From Flavobacterium sp. (GTDB lineage: Bacteria; Bacteroidota; Bacteroidia; Flavobacteriales; Flavobacteriaceae): DNA of 38,027 nt. This document shows positions 8,906 through 18,894 of the stretch, piece after piece. The stretch covers positions 1 to 38,027 of the forward strand of contig DASVUQ010000315.1 of the NCBI GenBank assembly GCA_036386975.1, given 5' to 3'. Numbering within the stretch: the first letter of the stretch is position 1; every line of letters starts with the position of its first letter. The notes beneath the pieces are model-generated. The model saw only the letters and a program-made list of their open reading frames with translations, did not search any database and had not been told where the DNA came from. A program made the translations under genes and the position numbers.

Positions 8906-11900
8906 ATGGCCAATCCAAAGGGAATTATAACACGCAAAGATATTATCGAAGATGAAGCTTTGAAATGGGGTGAGATTTACACTGAAAACATAAAAGAAGC
9001 AATTAAGCAAAATAAAATACTGGTTGAGTCTGTAAAAGAACTAAACAAACAAGTGCAGGCATTTAAAGTTGCAAACAGCCAGAAAGATTATATCACAGCA
9101 AAACAAGCCGAGACATTGGCCACGCAACAGGCCATTGATGCCATAAAAAAACAAGAAGCTGCCGAAATTTCAGCTGATAAAATAAAGAGGTCAGCAATAG
9201 CAACAATGGAAGCCGAGCGGAAGCAAAGAGAAGCCACACAGAAAGCTGAAAAAAGAGCTAATGATGAAAAAGAGCGTTCTAAAAAATTAACCATTGAGGA
9301 ACGAGTACAGAATGAAATAGCCAACAAAGTACTTAAGCAAGAAGCACTGGAACGTTTAGGATTAGTTTCAGCTTACACTAAATTAAATAACGCAAGGACC
9401 GAAGCCAAAAACAAGCTACGGGATTTAATTGCCAGTGAAAGTGCATCGACTGCCGAAATAAAAAAAGCACAAAAAGAATTTGAAAACCTGGATCAAAAAG
9501 TTAGAAAAGCAGATGCGGCAGTTGGGGATTTTGCTAAAAACGTAGGTAATTATCCCCTTAAAGGACTGGCAACTGGATTAAAAGATTTAGTTGAGGCTTT
9601 TGGTATTGCTGGAGGTATTGGTGCTTTTGTGGGTATAATGAAAAGTGCTTATGATACAGTTAAAAAGTTTGATCAAGCAGTAGCTGATTTAAGTGCAATA
9701 ACCGGAGCGTCTGGTAAAGAGTTGGATTACTTAAAAAAACAGGCCATTGAATTAGGCAAATCTACTAAAGGTGGTGCGATTGCAGTAGTTGAAGCCTATA
9801 AACTGATAGGCTCGGCAAAACCTGAATTATTAGAAAATGTAAAAGCGTTAAACCAGGTTACAGAAGCCACTTTGACACTTTCTAAAGCAGCTGGTATGGA
9901 AATGCCGGAAGCAGCTACTGCTCTAACTGATGCAATGAACCAATTTGGAGCAGATGCAAGTCAGGCAGCAGTTTTTGTAGATGCATTAGCTGCAGGTGCA
10001 AAATATGGAGCGGCCGAAATTCCTCAAACAACAGAAGCTTTGTTAAAATTTGGTGCCGTTGCAAGAACTTCAAACATCAGTATTCATGAGAGTGTTGCTT
10101 TGATAGAGTTATTGGCTGAAAATGGAATAAAAGGAGCAGAGGCAGGAACTAAATTAAGAAATGTATTGCTTAAAATATCGGCACCAGATGCATTGCCAAA
10201 AGAAGGCTTCAAAGCCCTTTCGGGAGCATTGAAAGAATCTGGTGTTTCAATGGAGTACCTGAAAGATAAAACGGTTCCTGTTGAAGATAAATTGAAAGTA
10301 TTAAAACCATTGCTAAGGGACAATGCCAATATTGTAAAAATATTTGGGGATGAAAATGCAACTGCAGCTATTAATATTATTGAACACAATGATCGTCTTA
10401 GAGAATTGACAAAAAGCACAAAAGAGCAGGGTGTTGCAGATGAACAGGCCGCCATAAAAATGGACACTGTGCAAGGTAAGACAGAGAGACTTTCCAGTAC
10501 CTATGATAGTTTGGTTTTATCAATAGGGAGTGGGCGTGGTGTTGTTTCAGAATTCTTTAAATTCTTTATAGAAGGAGCTGAAGGTGCGCTCAATGGATTA
10601 TTACGTTTGAATACTTCTTGGAATGAATTATATGAAAAAGCCAAACTAGCGGGACAATCAAAAGGTCTGGAAGAATTTAGAAAACAATTCAATGGAATTT
10701 TTACACTAGGAATTTCTAATGAAAAAGAAGTAGCAGAAGGTATAAAGGTAAGAGCTCAAAATCTTCTGAATATTTATAAAAAAGAATTTCAAAAAAATGA
10801 AAAAGAACTGAAGGAATGGGAGGAAACAGGTTTTTTTGGAAAATACGTATGGGGTGAAGGAAGTACTAAAGAAAAGGCTATGAAAGCTGAAAAAGAGCGT
10901 CTTATTAAAGCACTTGCTGAACAACAGACAATTATTGACAATGCTAATGAAAAAATAAATCCAAAAAAAAGTACTTCTGATACTGTTCCTCAATCAGACA
11001 AACCAAATATAGATAGTGAGACTGATGCAGAAAGAAAAAAACGTTTAGACAAAGCAAAGAAAGCAGTCCAAGACAAATTAGATTTAGAAAAAAAACTTGC
11101 CGATTCATCATATGAGTTGCAAAAACAACGTTTAGAGCAAACTATTAAATTTAATGATGAAATAGTTGCAGATGATTTGCAAAGCGATGAAGTAAGAGTA
11201 CAGGCACTTACAAATAGCCAAAAAAAACAAGAGGAATTATTGCTTTTAACTAAAAATCATTTATTAGAGATTGAACAAATAAGTTATAAAAAGGAATTAG
11301 AAGAAAACAAAGGCAATAAAGTAAATCTTCAATTAGTTGAGAAAAACCACATTAATGATAAACTTAAAATCAATGAGGATTACTCTAATAAATTAACTGA
11401 GTTAAATGCTAAAACTCAAAAGGAATTAGACAAAATAAATCAATTTGATGAGGCAAAATATACTAAGGAATTAGAGGGTAAAATATCTAAACAAAATTTG
11501 GCAATGAATTCGGAATTAGAAGCCGAGAATAAAAGATTTAATGCCTTAAACGATATTGACAAAAAACGTGAAGATAAGATTGCAGAACATGAACAAAAAG
11601 TATTCAACATTAAGAAAAAATATGCAATAGAAGCTTTAAAACTTCAAATAAATAATCTTGAAACTGAATTAATAGCTAGTGATGCTCTTCCAAAAAAGGA
11701 ACAATTGTCTGCTGAAAAAAGACAAAAAATAGCAGAAACTTTAAGTAAAGCTAAACTAGATTTATCAGAAGTTGAATTAAGTAATAATGATAAAAAGAAC
11801 GAAAAATATGAAAAGAATGAAAGAGAAAGGGCTAAAAAAATACTAGAGATTTCAAGGAACTTAACTACTGCGCTTGGAGATTTAGCAAACACTATATATA

Positions 11901-12634
11901 ATACAAAAATTCAAAATATTGATGCTGAAATTAATAGAAGTAACGAGTATTATAATGGTGAAATTGAAAAAGCGGGAAATGACCAACGTAAAAAAGACAT
12001 GTTGGAAAAAGAAGCTAATGAAAAAAGAAAAAAATTAGAAGCAGAAAAGAGAAAAGAACAGCAGAAACAAGCTGTTTTTGAAAAAGCTTTTACTATTTCT
12101 CAAATTGGGCTTCAAACAGCTCTTGCAATTATCAAGGCCGCCGCTGCAACTGCTCCCACATTTTGGGGTGTTGCTATTGCCGCCGGTATTGGTGCCCTTC
12201 AATTAGGTGCCGCTCTTGCTACACCCATTCCAAAATACAAGCATGGACGTAAAAGTGGCCCAGAAGAATTAGCTATTGTCGGTGATGGTGGTCGCCGTGA
12301 AATTATTGAAAGGGCTAGCGGTTTAATCGAAATGACACCCGCAACCGATACACTGGTAAAATTGGAAAGAGGCGATAAAGTACATGGCAGTGTCGAGGAG
12401 TATTATAAATTGCAGCGGGCAGTATTACTGAACGGTATTAATATGCAGGGAAGAAAAGCAACAGAATACCAGGTCAATATTGAATTTGAAAAAACTTACG
12501 GGAAAGATTTATTAGATGAGTTGAAAAGAAACACAAAGGCTATCGAGAAAAATAAATCAAATGTTACTGTAAACATTCCCAAAATAGATTTTACCCATGA
12601 ACTATGGAAGATGAAAAATAAAAACTGGAGTTAG
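8906..12634 (+). CDS. Tail tape measure protein, TP901 family
   Basis: 1242 aa; FDQAVADLSAITGA, LAENGIKGAEAGTKLRN core; long coiled coils; C-terminal PKYKHG...VGDGGRRE motif. Confidence 0.95.
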   Translation: MANPKGIITRKDIIEDEALKWGEIYTENIKEAIKQNKILVESVKELNKQVQAFKVANSQKDYITAKQAETLATQQAIDAIKKQEAAEISADKIKRSAIATMEAERKQREATQKAEKRANDEKERSKKLTIEERVQNEIANKVLKQEALERLGLVSAYTKLNNARTEAKNKLRDLIASESASTAEIKKAQKEFENLDQKVRKADAAVGDFAKNVGNYPLKGLATGLKDLVEAFGIAGGIGAFVGIMKSAYDTVKKFDQAVADLSAITGASGKELDYLKKQAIELGKSTKGGAIAVVEAYKLIGSAKPELLENVKALNQVTEATLTLSKAAGMEMPEAATALTDAMNQFGADASQAAVFVDALAAGAKYGAAEIPQTTEALLKFGAVARTSNISIHESVALIELLAENGIKGAEAGTKLRNVLLKISAPDALPKEGFKALSGALKESGVSMEYLKDKTVPVEDKLKVLKPLLRDNANIVKIFGDENATAAINIIEHNDRLRELTKSTKEQGVADEQAAIKMDTVQGKTERLSSTYDSLVLSIGSGRGVVSEFFKFFIEGAEGALNGLLRLNTSWNELYEKAKLAGQSKGLEEFRKQFNGIFTLGISNEKEVAEGIKVRAQNLLNIYKKEFQKNEKELKEWEETGFFGKYVWGEGSTKEKAMKAEKERLIKALAEQQTIIDNANEKINPKKSTSDTVPQSDKPNIDSETDAERKKRLDKAKKAVQDKLDLEKKLADSSYELQKQRLEQTIKFNDEIVADDLQSDEVRVQALTNSQKKQEELLLLTKNHLLEIEQISYKKELEENKGNKVNLQLVEKNHINDKLKINEDYSNKLTELNAKTQKELDKINQFDEAKYTKELEGKISKQNLAMNSELEAENKRFNALNDIDKKREDKIAEHEQKVFNIKKKYAIEALKLQINNLETELIASDALPKKEQLSAEKRQKIAETLSKAKLDLSEVELSNNDKKNEKYEKNERERAKKILEISRNLTTALGDLANTIYNTKIQNIDAEINRSNEYYNGEIEKAGNDQRKKDMLEKEANEKRKKLEAEKRKEQQKQAVFEKAFTISQIGLQTALAIIKAAAATAPTFWGVAIAAGIGALQLGAALATPIPKYKHGRKSGPEELAIVGDGGRREIIERASGLIEMTPATDTLVKLERGDKVHGSVEEYYKLQRAVLLNGINMQGRKATEYQVNIEFEKTYGKDLLDELKRNTKAIEKNKSNVTVNIPKIDFTHELWKMKNKNWS

Positions 12635-12644
12635 CTTTTTTTGC

Positions 12645-12652
12645 TATTTTTG
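12645..12652 (+). promoter_or_regulatory. -7 promoter element TATTTTTG for the first cargo gene
   Basis: TAnnTTTG ending 21 nt upstream of ATG 12674. Confidence 0.55.
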
Positions 12653-12673
12653 TAATACTACTAAATAAAAATT

Positions 12674-13192
12674 ATGAAAAAGATTATCATAGCCTTGATT
12701 TTGGGTTTTACCACTTTCGGATATTCTCAAAACTGTAAATATAAAATAAATGAAGTTGATGAATTCAGTAAAAATAAAATTTTAGAAACTAAGAAAGAAG
12801 CTTTTACAATGTCAGGTATAGGGTTTGGTTTTTCAACAAATTATTCATTAAAGAAAATAAATAATGATAGATACTTAAAATTATATATAAGTAGTCCAAA
12901 AATATTTACTTTAAGGCAAGGGGATCAAATTATGTTAAAAACAGATTCTGAAAATACTGTTTCATTAGTATTAATGCAAACAACAATTGCAAGAAGTTCT
13001 TATAATGATCAGTTAGGAAGTACAACTTGGTACGAAGATGTATTAATACCTATTACTGACGAAAATTATCAAAGGCTTTTAACAGAAAATATTTTGAAAT
13101 TAAGAGTATATACAGCAGATGGTTATATTGACGATGATGTTAAAGAAAAAAGAGCTAAAAAATTTAAAGAAATTTTAAAATGTATTGAGTAA
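12674..13192 (+). CDS. Secreted/periplasmic hypothetical protein (moron)
   Basis: Signal peptide MKKIIIALILGFTTFGYS-Q; two Cys at the ends of the mature chain; AT-rich. Confidence 0.8.
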   Translation: MKKIIIALILGFTTFGYSQNCKYKINEVDEFSKNKILETKKEAFTMSGIGFGFSTNYSLKKINNDRYLKLYISSPKIFTLRQGDQIMLKTDSENTVSLVLMQTTIARSSYNDQLGSTTWYEDVLIPITDENYQRLLTENILKLRVYTADGYIDDDVKEKRAKKFKEILKCIE

Positions 13193-13207
13193 TTAAAAGC
13201 TATTTAG

Positions 13208-13798
13208 ATGTCTATTGAACCTAATTATAAGCTGTCTCTTGATGAAATAATTAATAAAATTGAAACAGTATATTCCGAAAGTAACTACTTAAAAAGAAAA
13301 GAAGTTTGGCTTGATAATATTACTATGTCAGATAGTAAATGCTTACCCTTATATTATGATTTAGATTATAATTATTTAGGGTTTGAAATTAAACTGTCTG
13401 GTAAAACCATTAATTTAACCTTTACTTTAAACAAAACAATAAGTATAAAAAAAAATGATGAGTAATTTTTTTATTTTGAAAATAATGAATCCATTAATTT
13501 TAGTTTTCTGACAAATGGAGTTAAAGGGAATAAATTTTATTTTAACGTAGTTATACCTACTGGAAAGGAATTACTTCTTTTTGCAAATTATAATTTATTG
13601 TACTGGAAATTAAGTTTAAAGAAGCAAAATATAATCTTAGAAAGTTATAACTCAATTATTCATCCATTAAATAGACTTAAAAATAAAGAAGATCTGCAAT
13701 CTGTTTTAAAATTTATTACTTCAAAAATAATAAATGAGTTAAAGATTGCTTGTACGCATGACTACCCTAATGATGAAGTCAAAAATCAGCTTTTCTAA
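13208..13798 (+). pseudogene. Interrupted hypothetical gene: one 197-codon frame with a single internal TAA at 13463-13465
   Basis: ORFs 13208-13465 and 13598-13798 are in the same frame, and 13466-13597 has no stop in that frame. Confidence 0.55.
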
Positions 13799-13852
13799 TA
13801 TATTTCTTATTGATTTAAATTAGATTCTGTCCATCAGCAGGTTTTCTTGTTT

Positions 13853-13973
13853 TAAATCACATTTAACCAATGTAAACGTTCCTCCAAAAGACTTTGATTA
13901 CAAATTGTAAAAATTAAAATTGGAGTTACTTTTTTTACTATTTTTACAGTCTAAACTTAAAAATTATGAAAAA
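13853..13973 (+). repeat. Degenerate copy of the tape-measure 3' end plus promoter/leader (12553-12681)
   Basis: 13909-13946 matches 12614-12652 at 34 of 39 aligned positions; further matches tgtaaacRttcc and aaaaattatgaaaaa. Confidence 0.7.
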
Positions 13974-14691
13974 TATCATTTTTTACTTACTGATTACTTT
14001 AGCCTTTTTTGGATGTTCTAAAGAGGATGATAACGAAGATCAAACAAATTCTGATAGTTTGAAGCTAATAAGAGAAGTAGAAACAGATCTTATCACTAAT
14101 ACTTCAGAAATATTTGATTTTACTTATTCTAACAATATCTTAATAAAAAGAGAAGAAACAGAAGGTAATAATGTTGATAAAACGGAATATATATATGAAA
14201 ATGGAAAATTGATAAGAAATAATTATTTTAATAATTCCATACTAACAGGAAATAGCACATATACTTATACAGGAGACATTATTTCTAGTATGTTGTCGTT
14301 TGAAGACAATATGTACTTTTTACATAATTACACTTATAATTCTGATAAAAAATTAATAAGTGCACAACAGTTCAGCAATAACATTTTAGATAGCAGTAAG
14401 GAGTTCCAGTATAACCCCCAAGGTAATATGTCTAGGATATTGTCAACCAATTATAATGTAACTATAGAATATGATAATTATAAAAATCCATATTCATTGA
14501 TTTTTAGTGAGCCCTTTATGAATAGTATGGATGGAGCGGGTTATTCAAAAAACAATGTTACTAGAATAACCGAAAGCGCAGGATACATTACAACATATGA
14601 ATATACCTATAATGATAAGGGCTACCCTATTCAGGTAATTGAAAAGTTGAATGGAGTTTCTAAAACTAGAACTACCTATACTTATGAATAA
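13966..14691 (+). CDS. Lipoprotein, probably surface exposed, beta-strand/YD-like repeats (moron)
   Basis: Lipobox FFG-C followed by SKEDDNED (Bacteroidota lipoprotein export signal-like); repeated YxYxY strands; YDNYKNPY motif. Confidence 0.8.
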   Translation: MKNIIFYLLITLAFFGCSKEDDNEDQTNSDSLKLIREVETDLITNTSEIFDFTYSNNILIKREETEGNNVDKTEYIYENGKLIRNNYFNNSILTGNSTYTYTGDIISSMLSFEDNMYFLHNYTYNSDKKLISAQQFSNNILDSSKEFQYNPQGNMSRILSTNYNVTIEYDNYKNPYSLIFSEPFMNSMDGAGYSKNNVTRITESAGYITTYEYTYNDKGYPIQVIEKLNGVSKTRTTYTYE

Positions 14692-14710
14692 AATAATAAT
14701 AGTTAATTAT

Positions 14711-14740
14711 AATAAAACCTGCCTATCAGCAGGTTTTATT
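14711..14740. terminator. Bidirectional terminator; degenerate second copy at ~13821-13856
   Basis: aataaaacctgc-ctatca-gcaggttttatt perfect 12-bp inverted repeat. Confidence 0.85.
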
Positions 14741-14965
14741 ATTTTAAAAAATCCCTAAAACTTTCTTTTGCTTCTAGCTTAAGGAGTAAAAGCAAAAACA
14801 AAATGGCTCTTTATTGAGGTAAAATGGGTACACTCTTTCATAACATTTTTTATGAAAATCCTCAAATTTAAAAGCAAGTAAAATAATACTCAAATAAAAT
14901 AAGGCATAATAAATTTGTATTACAGCATAAATGTTATAAATTTATCTGAATTAAAGTTCAGAAAT

Positions 14966-15154
14966 ATGGCACTTTCAAAATATGCGTACAAATCAAAAGA
15001 AGAGCTTATAGAATATATTCAAGCTTTGGAATATTTAACTATAACATCTTGTACCAATCCTATAATTAAATTGATAATTACTAGCACACCGGAGTTAATC
15101 CCATTAGATAGTAAAATTGATTTGATCAAAACAATATCTAAACTAAAGAAATAA
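14966..15154 (+). CDS. Small hypothetical protein (62 aa, MALSKYAYKSKEELIEYI...)
   Basis: ATG 14966 downstream of a TAAATTTG -7 element at 14910-14917. Confidence 0.5.
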   Translation: MALSKYAYKSKEELIEYIQALEYLTITSCTNPIIKLIITSTPELIPLDSKIDLIKTISKLKK

Positions 15155-15475
15155 TAGCTTTATAATAAAATGTATGTATAATGCTGAGTACCACAACAAG
15201 ATTAATTGCAAAAAAATATACATATAATCATACTTATATTAAAATGTTTATGTAATTTCTTGCAGGATAAATTTCTATTTCTTAATTTTATGTGTTGACA
15301 GACAATTCATTACCTACGTTACCCGAAAAAGATTTGAAAAACATTGATTTATTCAAGCAATTGTACGGAACGGTTAGCAATTGACAAGGTTATTAAGTAA
15401 TGTCAGCAGAGAATAAAAGGGAAATTAGCCGAACAGGTACTTTAAAATAGTAGGCATAATCAAAATTAAATTAAA

Positions 15476-16486
15476 ATGAAAAACATCTTCTTATCTTTAT
15501 TTCTAATTTCAGTATCGAGTATTCTATATTCTCAAAATGCCAATAGACGGATTATTGGTGATGACGGTAATGAGTTAAATCTATGTATCATTGGCAATGC
15601 ACAAGTAACTATTGGGGAAACGAACATATTTAGTTCAATACTGACGGCTCAATGTTCAAGTTGCTATGATTGGGATATCAACAATGATAGTGATTCTTCA
15701 GACAACCAAACAGTTGGAATTGTTGGAATAGATACGGAACAAACTGTTCAAATTCAAGGCATAACAGCTGGTCCTTTCACTTTACAGTTAACTTATTTTG
15801 ATGAAACTGGTTGTCATACTTGTAATTTTAGTGGGGTGGTTTTAGAAGCACCTGTTGTCACACCATTACCAAGAGTAAGCTGTTTCGGTTTTGATCCTGT
15901 GGAAGGTCCACCAGATGTTAATGAGGAAGGCCTTTTAAATTATGGATATTTAGGAATGCCATATCAAGCTCCTATATCATCAATTGGACTAACATTTGCT
16001 TGGTATTTTAAATTTGCAAATGATAATTTATTGACATTTGATACGCAAAATCCAACATTTAGAGAATTATGCCCAACTAACCCAGTAAAAAGTTTTGCTT
16101 TAGTAGTTTCAAATGGTGTGCAATCGAGACAATATAGATCAATTGATCCGGATTATCCAATTCCTGGATTTTCTATGGGCAGTACCCCTACTTGTTTTAT
16201 ACATCCTGAATGTGGAATAGGTGGTTTTGCTAATTCATCTAAGACTGTTACAAATCAGGGGAGTATAATTTTATCACCAAATCCAACAACTTCTATTATA
16301 AAATTTGAAGGAGAAAATTTAAAAGATTACAAAATCTCAGTTTTTAATATGAATGGAGAGGAAATTTTAAAAAATTTAAAACTCGATCAAGACTTAAATT
16401 TAGAAAATCAAAAAAAAGGAATCTATTTATATGTCATAACTAATGAAAAAGGGTTCAAACAAGAAGGGAAAATAATAAAGGAGTAG
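15476..16486 (+). CDS. Cys-rich secreted protein with T9SS type A C-terminal sorting domain (moron)
   Basis: Signal peptide ending YS-Q; C-terminal LSPNPTT...ISVFNMNG...KGIYLY...KIIKE signature. Confidence 0.88.
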   Translation: MKNIFLSLFLISVSSILYSQNANRRIIGDDGNELNLCIIGNAQVTIGETNIFSSILTAQCSSCYDWDINNDSDSSDNQTVGIVGIDTEQTVQIQGITAGPFTLQLTYFDETGCHTCNFSGVVLEAPVVTPLPRVSCFGFDPVEGPPDVNEEGLLNYGYLGMPYQAPISSIGLTFAWYFKFANDNLLTFDTQNPTFRELCPTNPVKSFALVVSNGVQSRQYRSIDPDYPIPGFSMGSTPTCFIHPECGIGGFANSSKTVTNQGSIILSPNPTTSIIKFEGENLKDYKISVFNMNGEEILKNLKLDQDLNLENQKKGIYLYVITNEKGFKQEGKIIKE

Positions 16487-16597
16487 AAAAAACAAATAGA
16501 CTGCTAGATTTCGCACTGCTCTCAAAAATTAAATTATTTGTGGGCAGAAGCGTTTCTATATAATGTCTAAAATCATTTATTTTCATTTAAAATAGAA

Positions 16598-16639
16598 ATA
16601 ACATATTTTGTTATATTATAACATAATATGTTATTTTTG
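16598..16639 (+). promoter_or_regulatory. Tail-gene promoter with two operators (16598-16614, 16618-16634) and -7 element TATTTTTG (16632-16639)
   Basis: ATAACATATTTTGTTAT and perfect ATAACATAATATGTTAT; the latter is identical to 3185-3201 and 21381-21397. Confidence 0.75.
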
Positions 16640-16655
16640 TATTTATATATTTTTC

Positions 16656-18875
16656 ATGAGCAATATAAATACAACCTATAACGACCGTGTCCGCTACACG
16701 CTTAAAAGTAAAAATTTAGATTCTTTAATTGTTACAGAACCCATTGGCTGGACTGAAGATGACAAAGAATATTCCCGTCACGAACAATATCATGGAATTA
16801 TTGCTAAATTTTCAAACTCCTTAAAATTTATTGACAGTGGTGCCGATTATATTCAACTGGTTTTAGACTTGTACGGCATTAATGAACAGGTGGAACTAAT
16901 AAGGGAAGAAAAGCATCCCCAAACAGATGTATGGACATTGACCTACTCTGGTTATCTGGACTTATCGACATGGACCAGGGAAAAGAACGAGGTAGGTGTA
17001 AAATTTAATTCTGGTGGTTTAGAGCAACTATTAAAATCCCGTGAAAGCGAGAAAGTAGAAGTTGACAGATTGACTACCATTGACGGTAAAACAATACCAG
17101 AACTCAGTACCATTGATGTGGAACTGGAAGGGCGCAGAATATTTTTAAAAAGTAAATGGGAATTAAAAGCACCTAACAATTACGGAGAAGTATTTATAGA
17201 ATCAGAAGCAGGAAATACAAGAGACCAATCTGTGGGTGTTCCTTTTCAATTGGTTAATCAATCACATGAAAATGCGCAATCGGTAAATATTCAGAGTAAT
17301 GCCAATGAAAATTATGGAACTACTGGAATGATGTTTTATGCGGTTTCGGAGAGACAAAGGACTTTAGATATTTCAATTATAATGACATTTAAGTTAAATG
17401 TACATCAGGAAGATATAGGTTGGGCTTGGTTTGATATTAATCTAACTAAGTATGGAAATGGTATAAATTATGAACCTATTTCGAGGGAAAGACTTTTTGG
17501 GCTTCCCAATAAAAGTGCCATTTTTGATGCATCAGGAAGAACTTTCAATGTGAATTATCAGGGACGAGTTGTCATAAATATTGGGGAATCTTTGGCCATC
17601 GAAGCAATAGAAAAAGCTGACCTTCAAAGGAGGGGTCATGCTGAATTAAGAATTACAATGGTGGATATGGTTGGTGAGTTAAAAATGGATGAAGATAGTT
17701 TTCATGAAAAGACTACGACTAAGGCTATATTGGCTCATGAATTAGCTGATAGATTAGTAACCATTGTCACCAACGAACGAAATGGATTTTATTCCGATTT
17801 TTTAGCAAGAACGAATTTAGGATATCCAGTAAATGGAAAGGGTGCTTTTACCGGGTTTACACATGGGTTTTGGGTTCGCGGATTTTATAAATCACCAGAA
17901 CCAACAGAAGGACAGCCAAATGTTGAAAATTTATTTAAACCCTTAACGACCTCTTTTAAAGACTTTGCACAATCGATGGCGGCTGTTTGGAATGTCGGGA
18001 TAGGAATAGAAAAAGCAGGTTTTAAAGAAAGGGTCAGGCTGGAAGAGTTAAGATATTTTTACAATCCTAATGTCACGATCAGACTCCCAAATCAAGTAAA
18101 AAATGTAAAGCGCACCATTGCAACGGATAAATGTTATTCCTCATTAGAAATAGGTTTTAAAGAGGGTGGTGATTATGAAGAAGCCTGCGGGCTGGATGAG
18201 TATAATGCAAAATCTACCTTTACTACTGTCATCAACCGTATAAAAAATACTTATACCAAAATATCGGAATACCGTGCAGATAGCTATGGGTTAGAATTTG
18301 CGAGAAGAAAGCAAAAATTATTAAATGATACAGAAGATACACCTTATGATAATAATGTCTTTTTTTTAGATTTAAAAAGATTTATACCCGGGCTTTTAAA
18401 ACAAAGAAAATGGTGGGATGATTTCGAAGCAGCTCCAACTGGAGTTTTCAGCCCTGAAACTGCAACAAATTTAAGATTTTCACCATTTAACTGTTTGCTG
18501 CGCCACTCATGGTGGTTTTCCGGAGGTTTTAAAAAATATCTTTCTGATTATATCCGATATGGCAGTTCCACCGCCAATAGCCAGTTAAAAACCAAAATGA
18601 TTAATGGTAATGAATATGCTGAGAATGGTAATATAATCAATTCAGAGTTACTGCCGGCACGTTTCATACCGGAGGAAATAGAATTTGAACATATTTGCGA
18701 TTTTGATATTATGCAACAAGTCAATGGAACATCAATTATATTGGGGAAGAAAATACAAAATTTTTACGGCCTTGTCGAGTTTAAGAACGAAAGAAACGAA
18801 ATAGAGAAAGGCTTTTTGATTAATTTGAAGCCAAATGGGCGTGGGAATTGGAAAATATTAAAATCAGCTAGATAA
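16656..18875 (+). CDS. Phage tail/baseplate hub-like structural protein (739 aa)
   Basis: Probable start ATG 16656 (upstream TTG extension runs through the promoter); EPIGW, GLDEYN, YRADSYGLEF motifs as in Bacteroidota phage tail proteins; synteny. Confidence 0.65.
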   Translation: MSNINTTYNDRVRYTLKSKNLDSLIVTEPIGWTEDDKEYSRHEQYHGIIAKFSNSLKFIDSGADYIQLVLDLYGINEQVELIREEKHPQTDVWTLTYSGYLDLSTWTREKNEVGVKFNSGGLEQLLKSRESEKVEVDRLTTIDGKTIPELSTIDVELEGRRIFLKSKWELKAPNNYGEVFIESEAGNTRDQSVGVPFQLVNQSHENAQSVNIQSNANENYGTTGMMFYAVSERQRTLDISIIMTFKLNVHQEDIGWAWFDINLTKYGNGINYEPISRERLFGLPNKSAIFDASGRTFNVNYQGRVVINIGESLAIEAIEKADLQRRGHAELRITMVDMVGELKMDEDSFHEKTTTKAILAHELADRLVTIVTNERNGFYSDFLARTNLGYPVNGKGAFTGFTHGFWVRGFYKSPEPTEGQPNVENLFKPLTTSFKDFAQSMAAVWNVGIGIEKAGFKERVRLEELRYFYNPNVTIRLPNQVKNVKRTIATDKCYSSLEIGFKEGGDYEEACGLDEYNAKSTFTTVINRIKNTYTKISEYRADSYGLEFARRKQKLLNDTEDTPYDNNVFFLDLKRFIPGLLKQRKWWDDFEAAPTGVFSPETATNLRFSPFNCLLRHSWWFSGGFKKYLSDYIRYGSSTANSQLKTKMINGNEYAENGNIINSELLPARFIPEEIEFEHICDFDIMQQVNGTSIILGKKIQNFYGLVEFKNERNEIEKGFLINLKPNGRGNWKILKSAR

Positions 18876-18894
18876 ATTTTAAACAATAATAATT

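Noticed and set aside
15191-15198. CCACAACA match to the loop of the 8213-8307 RNA element
   Set aside because: A single 8-nt match is expected by chance in 38 kb
16608-16655. Upstream TTG start of the tail protein; similarly extended starts at 21387, 24523, 25001, 27410, 27538, 31183 and 35586
   Set aside because: These extensions cross promoters, terminators or neighbouring genes; downstream ATGs with A-rich leaders fit better
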